This document shows, in pieces, positions 41,057 to 53,086 of a DNA stretch of 64,000 nt. The stretch's first letter is position 1. Each line of letters opens with the position of its first letter. Origin of the DNA: Thermoanaerobaculia bacterium (GTDB lineage Bacteria > Acidobacteriota > Thermoanaerobaculia > Multivoradales > UBA5704); the NCBI GenBank assembly GCA_044226625.1, contig JBGAGQ010000013.1, forward strand, positions 53,288 through 117,287, written 5' to 3'. Under the pieces are notes generated by a model. It was not told the DNA's origin. It made no database searches and was given only the letters and a program-made list of their open reading frames with translations. The translations under genes and the position numbers were made by a program.

Positions 41057-44000
41057 TCAGGCCGCACCCGCGCGAAAGCTCTGCAACAAGGTGTCGCGAA
41101 GCTCGCGAATCCTCGGGGGCTTGCTGAGAACGTGGTCGACATGCTGTGGCACGTCTCCTTCTTCCACGAGCCGCTGCCCCCAGCCGGTCAGTAGAATGAC
41201 CGGAGTTGAAGGCGAAGCCAGCTTGACGGCGCTCGCCACCTTGTTTCCGTCGACGTAGGGCATCCCGAGGTCGGTGATGACCACACCGAACGGCTCGCCA
41301 CGCGCCTTTGCGGCGATGAACTCGTCGATCCCCGCCTGGCCCTGGTTCGCGGCGAACACAAGGTGGCCGTCGACTTCCAGGATGTCGCGCAGGGACCGGA
41401 GCAACAACGGATCGTCGTCGACCACGAGGATGCGGAGGCGAGGCGGCACCGACATAGTTGGGGCGGCGGCGGAATCCGCTGACTTCGGGTCGGCCGCGGC
41501 GGCCGCGAACGTCAGGCGGACCGTCGTTCCGACGCCGACCGTGCTCTCGATGCCCAAGTCCGCGCTATGCCGCCTCGCCATTCCGTACACCATCGCAAGG
41601 CCCAGCCCGGTGCCGCGCTCACCCTTGGTGGTGAAGAACGGCTCCATGCACTTTTGCAGAACCTCTTTTGTCATACCGCAACCGGTATCGCCCACCTCGA
41701 GGTAGACCTGCCCTCCTCCGGAGCCGGTTCGGATCAAGAGTTTCCCGCCTTCCGGCATCGCGTCGACCGCGTTGAACACAAGGTTGATCAGGGACTCGCG
41801 GATCTCGCTCTCGACCCCCATGACCTCTGGAAGGTTCTGCTCGAGCTGCGTGTCGAGCTCAATAACGACACCCCGCATTTGCGGCATGTCGTGCCAGCGG
41901 GCGCGTGAGAGGTCGATCACTTGCCGGACCAGCCGATTGAAATCGAGCGAGGCGAGGACGAGCTGTGGCTCGCGTTGTCGGTAAAACTCCCGCATCCGGC
42001 CCACCGTCTGGCCGACGTCTTCGATCGCATGCTGGATCGTCAGTAGGAACTCGCGAGCTCGGACGCTCAAGTTCAGTTCCTGCTCAAGCAACAGCTCAGT
42101 GTAGAGGACCACGGGCGAAATGGCGTTGTTGATGTCATGGGCGATGCCGCTCGCCATCTGGCCGAGCGCCCGCAGCCTCTCTTGTTGCATCACGGCTTGC
42201 TGCGACTGGCGAAGGTCGTCATACGCCTGTTGCAGCGCCGTGTAGAGTTGGGCTTGATGGGCCGCGAGAGCGACGTGCTCGCCGAGCTGTTTGAGGAACT
42301 CGCACTCGCCGCTGTCGAAGGCGTCGGCGGCGGGCCGGGCCGCGACGAAGACGCCAAAAACCATGCTCTCGGCGGCGAGCGGCGCAAAGACGAGAGAGCG
42401 AAGCCCGCCGGCGGCGAGCCGCTGCGGAAATGGGAACGGTACCTGAGTGATGTCTGGCTCGTAGACGAGCCTGCCCGCGATGCATCGAGACAGGCCGTTG
42501 GCATCGACGGCGACGAGTGCCTGCTCGGGTAGCGCCAGGCTGCGGGCAAGAGAATCGCTCTTGACGCCGACCGCAGAGACGGTGAGGGTCCGGTCGGGAG
42601 CATCGTAAAGGCAGAGGCAACAGAAGTCGACCGGCAGGTTGTCCTCGACGGTGCGAATCACCACCTGGAAGATGCTGTGCAGGTCCTGGCGTTCCGAGAT
42701 GGCGCGCGTGATCTGGTTCAAGAGACTGAGTCGCTCGAGCTGGGCGCCGAGCTTCGACTCGGCTCTTTTCCTTTCGGCGACTTCGCTCTCCAGGCTCTTT
42801 GTCGTCTCGACCAGCTCGGCCGTACGCTGTTCGACGCGGATCTCGAGCAGATCGCGCGCCTTCCCTAGAGCTTGGGCCTGACTCTCGATCCTCTCCGCCA
42901 TTGCGTTGAAACTAGTGCCCAGCCGGCCGAGCTCGTCCGGAGGGCCGGCCGCTACCCGGGCGCCTAGATCGCCGTCGGCGATCCTTTCGGTCGCCGCTGA
43001 CAGCGAACGGATCGGTCGCAGGATAAGTGCGGCGAAACCTGCTCCCGCGAGGAGGGCGGCCAAGATGATCGGAGCGGCGACGAGCAGGTGCTCCCGCACG
43101 TGGCGGTCGATCTCGGCCCGAATCGTGACCTCCGGCAGCATGTAGAAGACCGTCCAGGGCACGGACTTGAAGCGGCGGGCGACGCCGTAGTTCCACTTGC
43201 CGTCGACCGGGGCGAAACCGCGAAAGACCCTCGGGTCGGGAGACGGCGAGCGGGAAAGCTCGAACAGCGCGGGAAAGGCCCGCACGTCCGCGAGCAACTC
43301 CCGAGTCTTCGGACCGAATCGCGACTCAGACACGAAGGTCTTGGCGACCGCGGGTTCCACCGCGCCGCCCGGATGGAAGACGATCTCGTCGCTGTAGGTA
43401 TGGGCGATCCGGATTCCGTACTGGTCGAACACGACCGCGAAACTACCCGGACCTGCGAGCGCGTTGGAAGTTTTCATCACGTCCCAAAGCGCCGCGGCCC
43501 GAGCCCAGATCGCGACGAGGCCCCGGACGTTCACCCCTTCCCGGATCGGCTCTAGGTAGGCGATGGTGGGAGCGTCCGCCGCATGAGGCTCGAGGTAGAC
43601 GTCGGAGATTACGGCGGTTCCTTCGAGGGCGTCCCGGACGAAACTATGGAAGGACAGGTCGACGCCGACGAGCTCCTTCTCGGTCGCGGCCACCACGGTT
43701 CCGGTCGAGTCGAGCACCGCCAAGCCGCGAACTCTAGAGTCGACCGCAGGCCTCGCGGCAAGCGTCGCTTCTACCTCCAAGCGAACCCTGTCGCCCGGCA
43801 CGCCTCGGCTGAGCGCCAAGACGCTGGGAAAGCGAGCGAAGCTTTTCGCCGTCCGCTGGATTCCAACGTGGAAAGTGTCCAGCTCGCGGGCCAACTGGTC
43901 GCCCCGGGCGGCCAGTTGGTTCTCGGCATTCGCGACGAGCTCGATGCGAGTCTCGCGGATGTCGAGAGATGCCGAGATGATGAGAGGTAAGAGCGACGCA

Positions 44001-44065
44001 AGCGCCAAGAGTGCCGCGATCTTTGCCCTTAGCGGCCAGCTCGCGACGGGTAGTAAGTACTTCAT
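41057..44065 (-). CDS. Membrane hybrid sensor kinase (Cache-like, HAMP, GAF, HK, REC)
   Basis: Two TM helices around a periplasmic domain, HAMP DELGRLGTSFNAM, GIAHDINN, PFFTTKGERGTGLGL and a receiver. AAGGAG RBS. Confidence 0.92.
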   Translation of the reverse strand: MKYLLPVASWPLRAKIAALLALASLLPLIISASLDIRETRIELVANAENQLAARGDQLARELDTFHVGIQRTAKSFARFPSVLALSRGVPGDRVRLEVEATLAARPAVDSRVRGLAVLDSTGTVVAATEKELVGVDLSFHSFVRDALEGTAVISDVYLEPHAADAPTIAYLEPIREGVNVRGLVAIWARAAALWDVMKTSNALAGPGSFAVVFDQYGIRIAHTYSDEIVFHPGGAVEPAVAKTFVSESRFGPKTRELLADVRAFPALFELSRSPSPDPRVFRGFAPVDGKWNYGVARRFKSVPWTVFYMLPEVTIRAEIDRHVREHLLVAAPIILAALLAGAGFAALILRPIRSLSAATERIADGDLGARVAAGPPDELGRLGTSFNAMAERIESQAQALGKARDLLEIRVEQRTAELVETTKSLESEVAERKRAESKLGAQLERLSLLNQITRAISERQDLHSIFQVVIRTVEDNLPVDFCCLCLYDAPDRTLTVSAVGVKSDSLARSLALPEQALVAVDANGLSRCIAGRLVYEPDITQVPFPFPQRLAAGGLRSLVFAPLAAESMVFGVFVAARPAADAFDSGECEFLKQLGEHVALAAHQAQLYTALQQAYDDLRQSQQAVMQQERLRALGQMASGIAHDINNAISPVVLYTELLLEQELNLSVRAREFLLTIQHAIEDVGQTVGRMREFYRQREPQLVLASLDFNRLVRQVIDLSRARWHDMPQMRGVVIELDTQLEQNLPEVMGVESEIRESLINLVFNAVDAMPEGGKLLIRTGSGGGQVYLEVGDTGCGMTKEVLQKCMEPFFTTKGERGTGLGLAMVYGMARRHSADLGIESTVGVGTTVRLTFAAAAADPKSADSAAAPTMSVPPRLRILVVDDDPLLLRSLRDILEVDGHLVFAANQGQAGIDEFIAAKARGEPFGVVITDLGMPYVDGNKVASAVKLASPSTPVILLTGWGQRLVEEGDVPQHVDHVLSKPPRIRELRDTLLQSFRAGAA

Positions 44066-44141
44066 GCTCCTTCTCTAGATCTCACCCTCAGGGTAACGGC
44101 GGGAACGCCGGTAGGGTGACGGATCGTCGTATCTGCCTTTT

Positions 44142-44170
44142 AGCATAGACCAAATACGTTTTACGCTCAA
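44142..44170 (-). promoter_or_regulatory. Sigma70-like promoter of the membrane sensor kinase
   Basis: TTGAGC-N17-TATGCT in an AT-rich patch. Confidence 0.55.
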
Positions 44171-44301
44171 CATCGAATCCGAGCGGGTCGGATACGGACG
44201 ACCGTGATGTGAGGAGGCGGCCGGGAGATTTCATGCCGTTGAAGGCGATCGATCGCTGCCTCGCCGATAGGCGCGATCCTGTCGGCTTCCGCTTCGAGAT
44301 C

Positions 44302-44337
44302 GTCGGCCTTTCGGAAAGAGTCGTCCGGTTCCCGGAC
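44302..44337. promoter_or_regulatory. Candidate activator sites (UAS)
   Basis: GTCGGCCTTTCGGAA (44302) and GTCCGGTTCCCGGAC (44323), 21 bp apart; a half-site GTCGG lies another 21 bp upstream at 44281. Confidence 0.7.
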
Positions 44338-44371
44338 CTCGAGGGCCATCGTCTTCTCCGACTCTTCGTGA

Positions 44372-44384
44372 AATCAACGACTTG
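44372..44384 (+). promoter_or_regulatory. IHF binding site
   Basis: AATCAACGACTTG matches WATCAANNNNTTR exactly, between the UAS and the sigma54 promoter. Confidence 0.7.
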
Positions 44385-44400
44385 ACTACGCCCTCCGTTC

Positions 44401-44415
44401 GGGCATGCCGCGTGC
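44401..44415 (+). promoter_or_regulatory. Sigma54 -24/-12 promoter of paralog B
   Basis: GGGCATGCCGCGTGC, GG-N10-GC, supported by the UAS and IHF context. Confidence 0.65.
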
Positions 44416-44488
44416 CTTCTACAGGTTTTCGGAAGGCATCCCGCCTCCCCTCGCTAGCTTCGAAAGCTTCTTTTTCAAGGAGGGCGCC

Positions 44489-46258
44489 ATGTCCCTTGAA
44501 CGACAGTTCTATCTTCACGTCATGAGCGGCCTTCGGGTCCGGTCGAGCCGAATCCACGGGCTCGTCTTCGCCTGGATCCTTTTCTCGTTCAGCTCGGTAG
44601 CCGCGTTCGCGCAAGCGGGCACCCCGCCCTTTGCCGCCTTCCCGACGCAGAACCCCACCGATGGACGTTTTCTCGGTTTCGGCTGCTCGGGCCTTTCGAC
44701 CCTCGAGCAGTCGGTCCACCTGACGATTGGCGCGCCCGCGAGCTCGACGACGTTCACCTTGAACGTCTTCGACGGCGAAACCGGCAGGCCGGATTCGAAC
44801 AACAAAGCGCATTGGGATCTCGGGTCCCGGCAGCTCAAGTTCGCCCTGTACGCGGATCCGCTCCGGACAGCCAACACGGACCCCGGCAATCTGATCGGCT
44901 CCTGGGTGGGCAACGGAACGAATCCGACCTCCGGCCCGCTCTGGACCGCGAGCTCCGCCACCATGGCCGACAACGATTGGTGGTCGGTCGAGTTGACGAA
45001 CTCGCCGCTCGCGCTCGCGCCGAGCGGAAACTACTCGTACAACCTGACGATCGGAACCGACGGCTCCTGCAATACCGGCGAGCAGCTGGAGAGCAGCCTC
45101 AAGATCGCGGTCTCGTCGCCCGCCTCGTTCCGCATCTACCACTTCGCCCTCGTGGCCGGTCTGCGCCAGGTCGCCAATGACGTGCCGATCATCTACCCAG
45201 GCTCGACGCCGACCGCCCCCGCGACCGGCAGCTTCCTCACCGCCCCGACGACCTACGACGGAACCTTCGATTTCTTCTTCACCTTGCCGGGTGGCGAATC
45301 GGCCTTGCGCCTGTTCGACGGAGACTTCGACTACGGGACGGGCAACCTCACGGGGAATCCTTCCGGCGTACCGCTCGACCCCTGCGTCGATCAGGACGAT
45401 CCGGACACGCCGGCCGACTACGCGGGCTTTCCGTTCGCGACGCCGGGAGCCAACCCGGAGGGAACACAGGGAGTCGGCGTTCCGCCGGACGACAACTACC
45501 GCGACATCTTCCGCCGGGGCGAGCTGGGTGACCCCGCCGCGGTCGGTTGCGTGCGCTACGAAGTGATGGATCCGGAAGGCAACGTCTATTCGAACGACAA
45601 CCCCTCGGGAAGCTCGGAGTGGGAGCAGTACCTGATCGCGAGCTCCTCCTCGCCCGACGCCTCGATGGCCGACGCCGTCTACTCCGGCGCGACCCTCCCC
45701 TCGGGAATGTGGAAGGTGCGAATCATCGGCCTCGACCTGGCGAACCTGAACCTCTGGTCGGGGGACTCCTGCTCGACGCGTCCCGAGCGTGATCCCCTTC
45801 CCGAAGAAGATCCGTACCTCGTCCCGCGCGTTGCCGCCTGCCCCGACGAGTCGGCCTTCATCCTGGGTGACACGGTGTGGGAAGACGCCGACGGTGACGG
45901 TTCTTTGTCCAGGAAGGAATCGGGAATCCCCAACGTGGCGATGGAGCTCGTGCGGCGGAGCGACGGCGCGGTCGTCGAGACGACGCTCACCGGAGACGTC
46001 CGGAATCCCAACTGGTCCTCCTGCCTCGCCCACAACACGGGCAACGACCTCCAGGGTCTCTACTGCTTCGGGGTCGCGAAAACCGGCGCCTACTTCGTCC
46101 GGGTCGCCGCGTCGAACTTCGCCCCGGGAGGTGCGCTCGAAGGCAAGCTCTCGACGGACGACTCGGCCGACAGCGTTCCGTCGGGCGGCCGGTCGAACGT
46201 GCTTTCCTACCGCTTCGGGTTCCGCGGCGATGGCGTCTCGAGCGTCGAGCTCAAGTAG
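44489..46258 (+). CDS. Secreted acidic protein of unknown family with C-terminal SdrD-B/CnaB-like domain (paralog B)
   Basis: AAGGAGGG RBS, signal peptide ending AFA, GDTVWEDADGDG...ESGIPNVAMEL, paralog of 29242-31041. Confidence 0.82.
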   Translation: MSLERQFYLHVMSGLRVRSSRIHGLVFAWILFSFSSVAAFAQAGTPPFAAFPTQNPTDGRFLGFGCSGLSTLEQSVHLTIGAPASSTTFTLNVFDGETGRPDSNNKAHWDLGSRQLKFALYADPLRTANTDPGNLIGSWVGNGTNPTSGPLWTASSATMADNDWWSVELTNSPLALAPSGNYSYNLTIGTDGSCNTGEQLESSLKIAVSSPASFRIYHFALVAGLRQVANDVPIIYPGSTPTAPATGSFLTAPTTYDGTFDFFFTLPGGESALRLFDGDFDYGTGNLTGNPSGVPLDPCVDQDDPDTPADYAGFPFATPGANPEGTQGVGVPPDDNYRDIFRRGELGDPAAVGCVRYEVMDPEGNVYSNDNPSGSSEWEQYLIASSSSPDASMADAVYSGATLPSGMWKVRIIGLDLANLNLWSGDSCSTRPERDPLPEEDPYLVPRVAACPDESAFILGDTVWEDADGDGSLSRKESGIPNVAMELVRRSDGAVVETTLTGDVRNPNWSSCLAHNTGNDLQGLYCFGVAKTGAYFVRVAASNFAPGGALEGKLSTDDSADSVPSGGRSNVLSYRFGFRGDGVSSVELK

Positions 46259-46456
46259 CGATCCGCGATGTCAGGCTCGCGCGCTTTCGCGACGCGGGCG
46301 GGAAGTGACGACGAGGGAATCGGCGGCAGTCGATCCCCTCGCCGCTGTCTTTGGGCGGCAGCGGATCGTACCGGCCGTCCGAAGCGTCTGAAAAATCTTC
46401 ACGCCGAATCCGCTTGTCTCCGGTAGAGGGCGATTCTCGCCCGTGGAGATCACGCG

Positions 46457-47881
46457 ATGCGGCACAGAGCTCGGAGTTGTTTCCTTCTCCTCTTCTTCTT
46501 CCTCGCCGGGGTTCTAGAGAGCCAAGCCCAAGGTGCGGCACCCGCTGCCTCGGGCGGTACCCTGGACGTAAGCTTCGGCGGCGGCACGGGGCTCGTGACG
46601 ACCGTCTTCCACCCGACGAGCCCGATCAATACCGACTATGCGTTCGATCTGGTCGTCCAGCCGGACGGCAAGCTGGTGGTCGCCGGCTGGGCGAGCGACG
46701 TCAGCGATCCGGCCGACTTTGCGCTCGCGCGCTACAACCCGGACGGATCGCTCGATGCCTCGTTCGGCGGCACTGGCAAGGTCCGCGCCGGGTTCGGCCC
46801 GTTCTCGATCGAGGAGGGCTTCGCGCTGCTGCGCGAGCCGAACGGCAAATTGGTCGTCGGCGGTTGGGCGGCCTCCTCGCCGCTCGATCCCGGTGTCGAT
46901 TTCGTCCTGATGCGGTTCCTGCCCACCGGCCAACCCGATCCCGCGTTCGGAAGCGGGGGCAAGGTGAAGGCCAACCTGGGTGCGGACGACTGGGTGCTCG
47001 TCCTGGCCCGCCAGGCCGACGGCAAGCTCCTCGCCGGCGGGAGATCGGGGCCCGTCGGGTCGCACGATTTCGCACTCGCTCGCTTCTTGCCGAACGGCTC
47101 GCTCGACACGACGTTCGGGACCGCCGGGAAGGTCACGGTCGATTTCTCCGGGCGGGACGATTCGATCGAGGCCCTGGCTCTTCTGGCCGACGGCAGGATC
47201 CTGGCCGCCGGGCCGTCCGGCATCGGGCCGAATGGCGGTCCGTTCAAGATGGCGTTCGCGCGCTTCACTCGACAGGGCAAGCCCGATCCGACGTTCGGCG
47301 TCTCCGGCAAGACCCTCTTGAGCTTCGGCCAGAGCTCCGCCGCGACGGCGCTCGCCCTCCTCCCCGGTGGAAAATTCTTGGTAGGAGGCGGCATCGCGTC
47401 GACCGGAGGCCCGGCCAACATGAACTTCGCCGTGCTGCGCTTCACCGCGAACGGCAAGCTCGATCCGACGTTCGGCACCGCCGGCCGGACGACGACCGAC
47501 TTCGCGCAGAAGTTCGACGGCGTCGACGACCTGCGGGTACTCGCGAACGGCGTGATCGTGGTGGCCGGTCAGATCGACGAAAGCCGACCCGGCGCCGGCG
47601 ACGGCGCGTTCGGTTTGGCCCGCTACAGCGCGAGCGGCCGGCTCGATGCATCGTTTGGAGAGGGCGGCAAGGTGCGTACGCGCTTTCCCGGAAGCGTCGG
47701 ATCGAGCGTCGAAGCGATGGAGATCCAACCCAACGGCCGCATCGTCGTGGCCGGTCCGGTTTTTCCCGCCTTCCCCGCGATCGGCGTTTCGTTCGGCGTC
47801 GCGCGCTATCTGAACGGTCCGGCCGGCTCCGCCCATCCGGTCGGCGAGGAAACCTTGGAATCCCTCGGTGAGGAAAGGTGA
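46457..47881 (+). CDS. Secreted delta-60 repeat beta-propeller protein
   Basis: Seven repeats of QPDGKLVVAG...FALARYNPDGSLDASFG; signal peptide. Confidence 0.9.
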   Translation: MRHRARSCFLLLFFFLAGVLESQAQGAAPAASGGTLDVSFGGGTGLVTTVFHPTSPINTDYAFDLVVQPDGKLVVAGWASDVSDPADFALARYNPDGSLDASFGGTGKVRAGFGPFSIEEGFALLREPNGKLVVGGWAASSPLDPGVDFVLMRFLPTGQPDPAFGSGGKVKANLGADDWVLVLARQADGKLLAGGRSGPVGSHDFALARFLPNGSLDTTFGTAGKVTVDFSGRDDSIEALALLADGRILAAGPSGIGPNGGPFKMAFARFTRQGKPDPTFGVSGKTLLSFGQSSAATALALLPGGKFLVGGGIASTGGPANMNFAVLRFTANGKLDPTFGTAGRTTTDFAQKFDGVDDLRVLANGVIVVAGQIDESRPGAGDGAFGLARYSASGRLDASFGEGGKVRTRFPGSVGSSVEAMEIQPNGRIVVAGPVFPAFPAIGVSFGVARYLNGPAGSAHPVGEETLESLGEER

Positions 47882-47892
47882 GGACCCCGACC

Positions 47893-49230
47893 ATGCTCGA
47901 CGCAACGAGGCATCGATCCGTCCCTCTCCTCCTCGCGGTGCTGTGGGCGGCCGGTCTGATGCCGGCCGCGATTCCGCCCGCTTACGGCTCCAGCCTGGAC
48001 GGCGCCGGCCGAATCGTCATCGTGCCGTACGTGGTCGCGGGGCTCGACCGCGAATCGACGGTCTACCTCACGAACCCGGGCACGGTCGCGATCCGGATCT
48101 TCGGCTCCTACGTCGGGGCGGACGGCACGCCGATGGCGGCCTCCACGGTCGGGATGCGGGTCTGCGCCGACGTGTCGCTCAGGGCCGGCGAGGCGCGGCA
48201 ATTCCTCCTATCTCAGCTGTGCCCGCTCGGCTCGCCGGACGTCGAGAACTTCGGCTACCTGGAATTGAGCGTCTTCGGTGGATTCGACACGAACCCTTTC
48301 TTCGCCTCGAGCGTCGTCGCCACGGCGAGCGGCGATCGATTCACCGTCGAAGGGATGCCGGTGGGCGCGCTGGACCCCGGGGCTCCGAGCCCGTCGCGAA
48401 AGGAGACGCTACGCGTCCTCGGCCTCGAGGGGACGATCCCCAGCCCGCCGACCGCCCTGGTCGACAAGGTGCCCCACTGTTATCTCGGCGCGCTCGGCGA
48501 GGACAAAGACGTCGCGGTCCAACTGATGAGCTACACGAGCGGCAGCGCGCGGCCGGTGGGGAGTCCGGTGAACGTCCACCTCCGGCGCCGTACGATGGTG
48601 AAGCTCACGAACCTCCTCGCCCTCGCGAACCTGCCGCCGCAGGTGTACACCAACTTGACCGCCGAGCTCTACGCCCTTCCCACGGGCGAGGGAGCCGATC
48701 TGGTCGCCGGCTGCAGCGTCGAGACGCTCGCGACCCGGACGGAGGACTTCCGGGTCGCGACGACCCCGCAGCCGAAAGATCGCTCGCGTTCGCGGTCGCC
48801 GGTGCGCGGCGACACCCGGCTCTTCGTCGGCTCGGCGAAGGTGGCGATCCTGATGAACCCGGGCGCCAAGTCTCGCCTGGCCTTCTACCTGCGGCACGAG
48901 GACCGCGCGCGATGCTGGATCGTGCCGTCGCTCGTCGCGCCCCAGGAGAATCCCGCTCCTTGGCAGGAGCTGCGGGTGCTTTCGCCCGACGGTTTGGTGG
49001 TCGCCGGGGGACGCGGCATCAGCGACACCGGCGTCTTTTCGACCGGCCTGAAGAACGAGGTGGGCCAAGGTGTGAACGGACGTTGGGTGGTGGAGGTCTC
49101 GTGGCGCGGAACTCCCAGCACCGGCTATCCCGCCTCCGGGCTCACGCCCGGCGCGTTCGGCGTGCTCTGCGAAAGCGCCGGCGGTATCTCCGCGATGCTG
49201 CCGCTCGACGTGGCGACCGACGACTTTTGA
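47893..49230 (+). CDS. Secreted hypothetical protein (paralog of 49247-50512)
   Basis: Signal peptide; shared Cys pattern and motifs with the next gene. Confidence 0.75.
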   Translation: MLDATRHRSVPLLLAVLWAAGLMPAAIPPAYGSSLDGAGRIVIVPYVVAGLDRESTVYLTNPGTVAIRIFGSYVGADGTPMAASTVGMRVCADVSLRAGEARQFLLSQLCPLGSPDVENFGYLELSVFGGFDTNPFFASSVVATASGDRFTVEGMPVGALDPGAPSPSRKETLRVLGLEGTIPSPPTALVDKVPHCYLGALGEDKDVAVQLMSYTSGSARPVGSPVNVHLRRRTMVKLTNLLALANLPPQVYTNLTAELYALPTGEGADLVAGCSVETLATRTEDFRVATTPQPKDRSRSRSPVRGDTRLFVGSAKVAILMNPGAKSRLAFYLRHEDRARCWIVPSLVAPQENPAPWQELRVLSPDGLVVAGGRGISDTGVFSTGLKNEVGQGVNGRWVVEVSWRGTPSTGYPASGLTPGAFGVLCESAGGISAMLPLDVATDDF

Positions 49231-49246
49231 CGACGAGAGGACGACG

Positions 49247-50512
49247 ATGAAAATCCGGCTTCCGCAGCTCCTCTGTTTCGGTTTCCTCTCGGCTTTGGCT
49301 CTCGATGTCCCGGCGGCGGCCATGAGCGCCGACAGCTCGGGATACGCGATCGTCCTCCCCTTCGTCGTCGACGCGCCGGCTTCGAACACCCGGACCCAGG
49401 TGTTCGTCGAGAATCACTTCTCGACCGCCGTCGGTCTGATCGCGTGGTACGTCGGCGAGCGGACGTCGGCCAACCCGGGCCTGTTCACCTGCGCCGAGAC
49501 CAGCGCGACCCCGGCGCCTCAGACTTTCGCCCTCACCGTGCCGGCCGACGGCGTCCTGCGCTTCGGTCTTCGGGAGCTGCTCGAGCAGAAATGCCGCGGT
49601 TCCATGCCGCCGGGGTCGCTCGGCGACCGCGGAACGCTCACCCTGTTCGTGAACCGGGGAGGCGCGTCGGTGCGCATCTCGGCCCTCGCCCGGATCGAAG
49701 CCGTCCCGGGCGTCGCCGGCGTTCCGGCGACCGGCTTCAGCGTTCCCGGGTTGCCGCTCGGCGCGCTCGAAGGCTCGACCCAGATCGTCACCGGCATCCA
49801 AAACGGGGCGTCCGGTTCGGTGATGCTCCGGACCGATTGCCTGATCGGAAGCTTTTACGACGTGGGCGCCACCGGCAACCTCTATCGCGTCTCGGTCAAG
49901 GACTCGAGCGGCGGCGTGTTGGGCAGCACCGTGATCCCGCTGGGACCCTGGTCGGCCGAGCTTCTGATCGACGTGTTTTCGCTCGTCGGGGTCGGCGGGA
50001 TGGTGATCGACGCCGCACGGGTCGAGGTCGAGCCTACGGCCAACGCTTCGAATCCTTCGCTGGTCGCCACCTGCCGGGTGATCGGCGGCTCGACGACGAA
50101 TTATCTGATGGGCAAGGTCTACGAGCCGAAGGACCTGCTGCGACAGCGGCGGGTGAGCGCGAACGCGACGGCGGGCTGGGGCGGATTCCTCTTCGTGCCC
50201 GGTTTCGGGCCCGAGCTCCACGCGATCTTCCTGCGCCACCCGGACCGGGTCCAGTGTTCGGTCGACAGCCCGCGGCTCGCACTCGAAGTCATCGCTCCGG
50301 ACGGCACGGTCGTGACCGGCGGCTTTCCCTCGACCCTCGAGTTTTCTACCCGCGAGCGCGAGTCGATCAACCACGGCGTCGCCGACGCCTGGATCCTCCG
50401 GGTGACCGAAAACGCCGCCAACCCGCCGCCGATGGGCTCGCCGCCGATCGCCTACCGACTGACCTGCGCGAGCGGCAACGGCATGTCGCCGATCGACAAG
50501 ATCAAGGGATAG
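49247..50512 (+). CDS. Secreted hypothetical protein (paralog of 47893-49230)
   Basis: GAGGA RBS, signal peptide, FLRHPDRVQC versus YLRHEDRARC. Confidence 0.78.
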   Translation: MKIRLPQLLCFGFLSALALDVPAAAMSADSSGYAIVLPFVVDAPASNTRTQVFVENHFSTAVGLIAWYVGERTSANPGLFTCAETSATPAPQTFALTVPADGVLRFGLRELLEQKCRGSMPPGSLGDRGTLTLFVNRGGASVRISALARIEAVPGVAGVPATGFSVPGLPLGALEGSTQIVTGIQNGASGSVMLRTDCLIGSFYDVGATGNLYRVSVKDSSGGVLGSTVIPLGPWSAELLIDVFSLVGVGGMVIDAARVEVEPTANASNPSLVATCRVIGGSTTNYLMGKVYEPKDLLRQRRVSANATAGWGGFLFVPGFGPELHAIFLRHPDRVQCSVDSPRLALEVIAPDGTVVTGGFPSTLEFSTRERESINHGVADAWILRVTENAANPPPMGSPPIAYRLTCASGNGMSPIDKIKG

Positions 50513-50539
50513 AAGGCCGATCCGAGCTGCTGCCGGGAT

Positions 50540-53082
<2,543 letters not shown>

Positions 53083-53086
<4 letters not shown>

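Noticed and set aside
44082-44120. Leader hairpin as a c-di-GMP riboswitch
   Set aside because: I could not find the conserved GEMM motif nucleotides.
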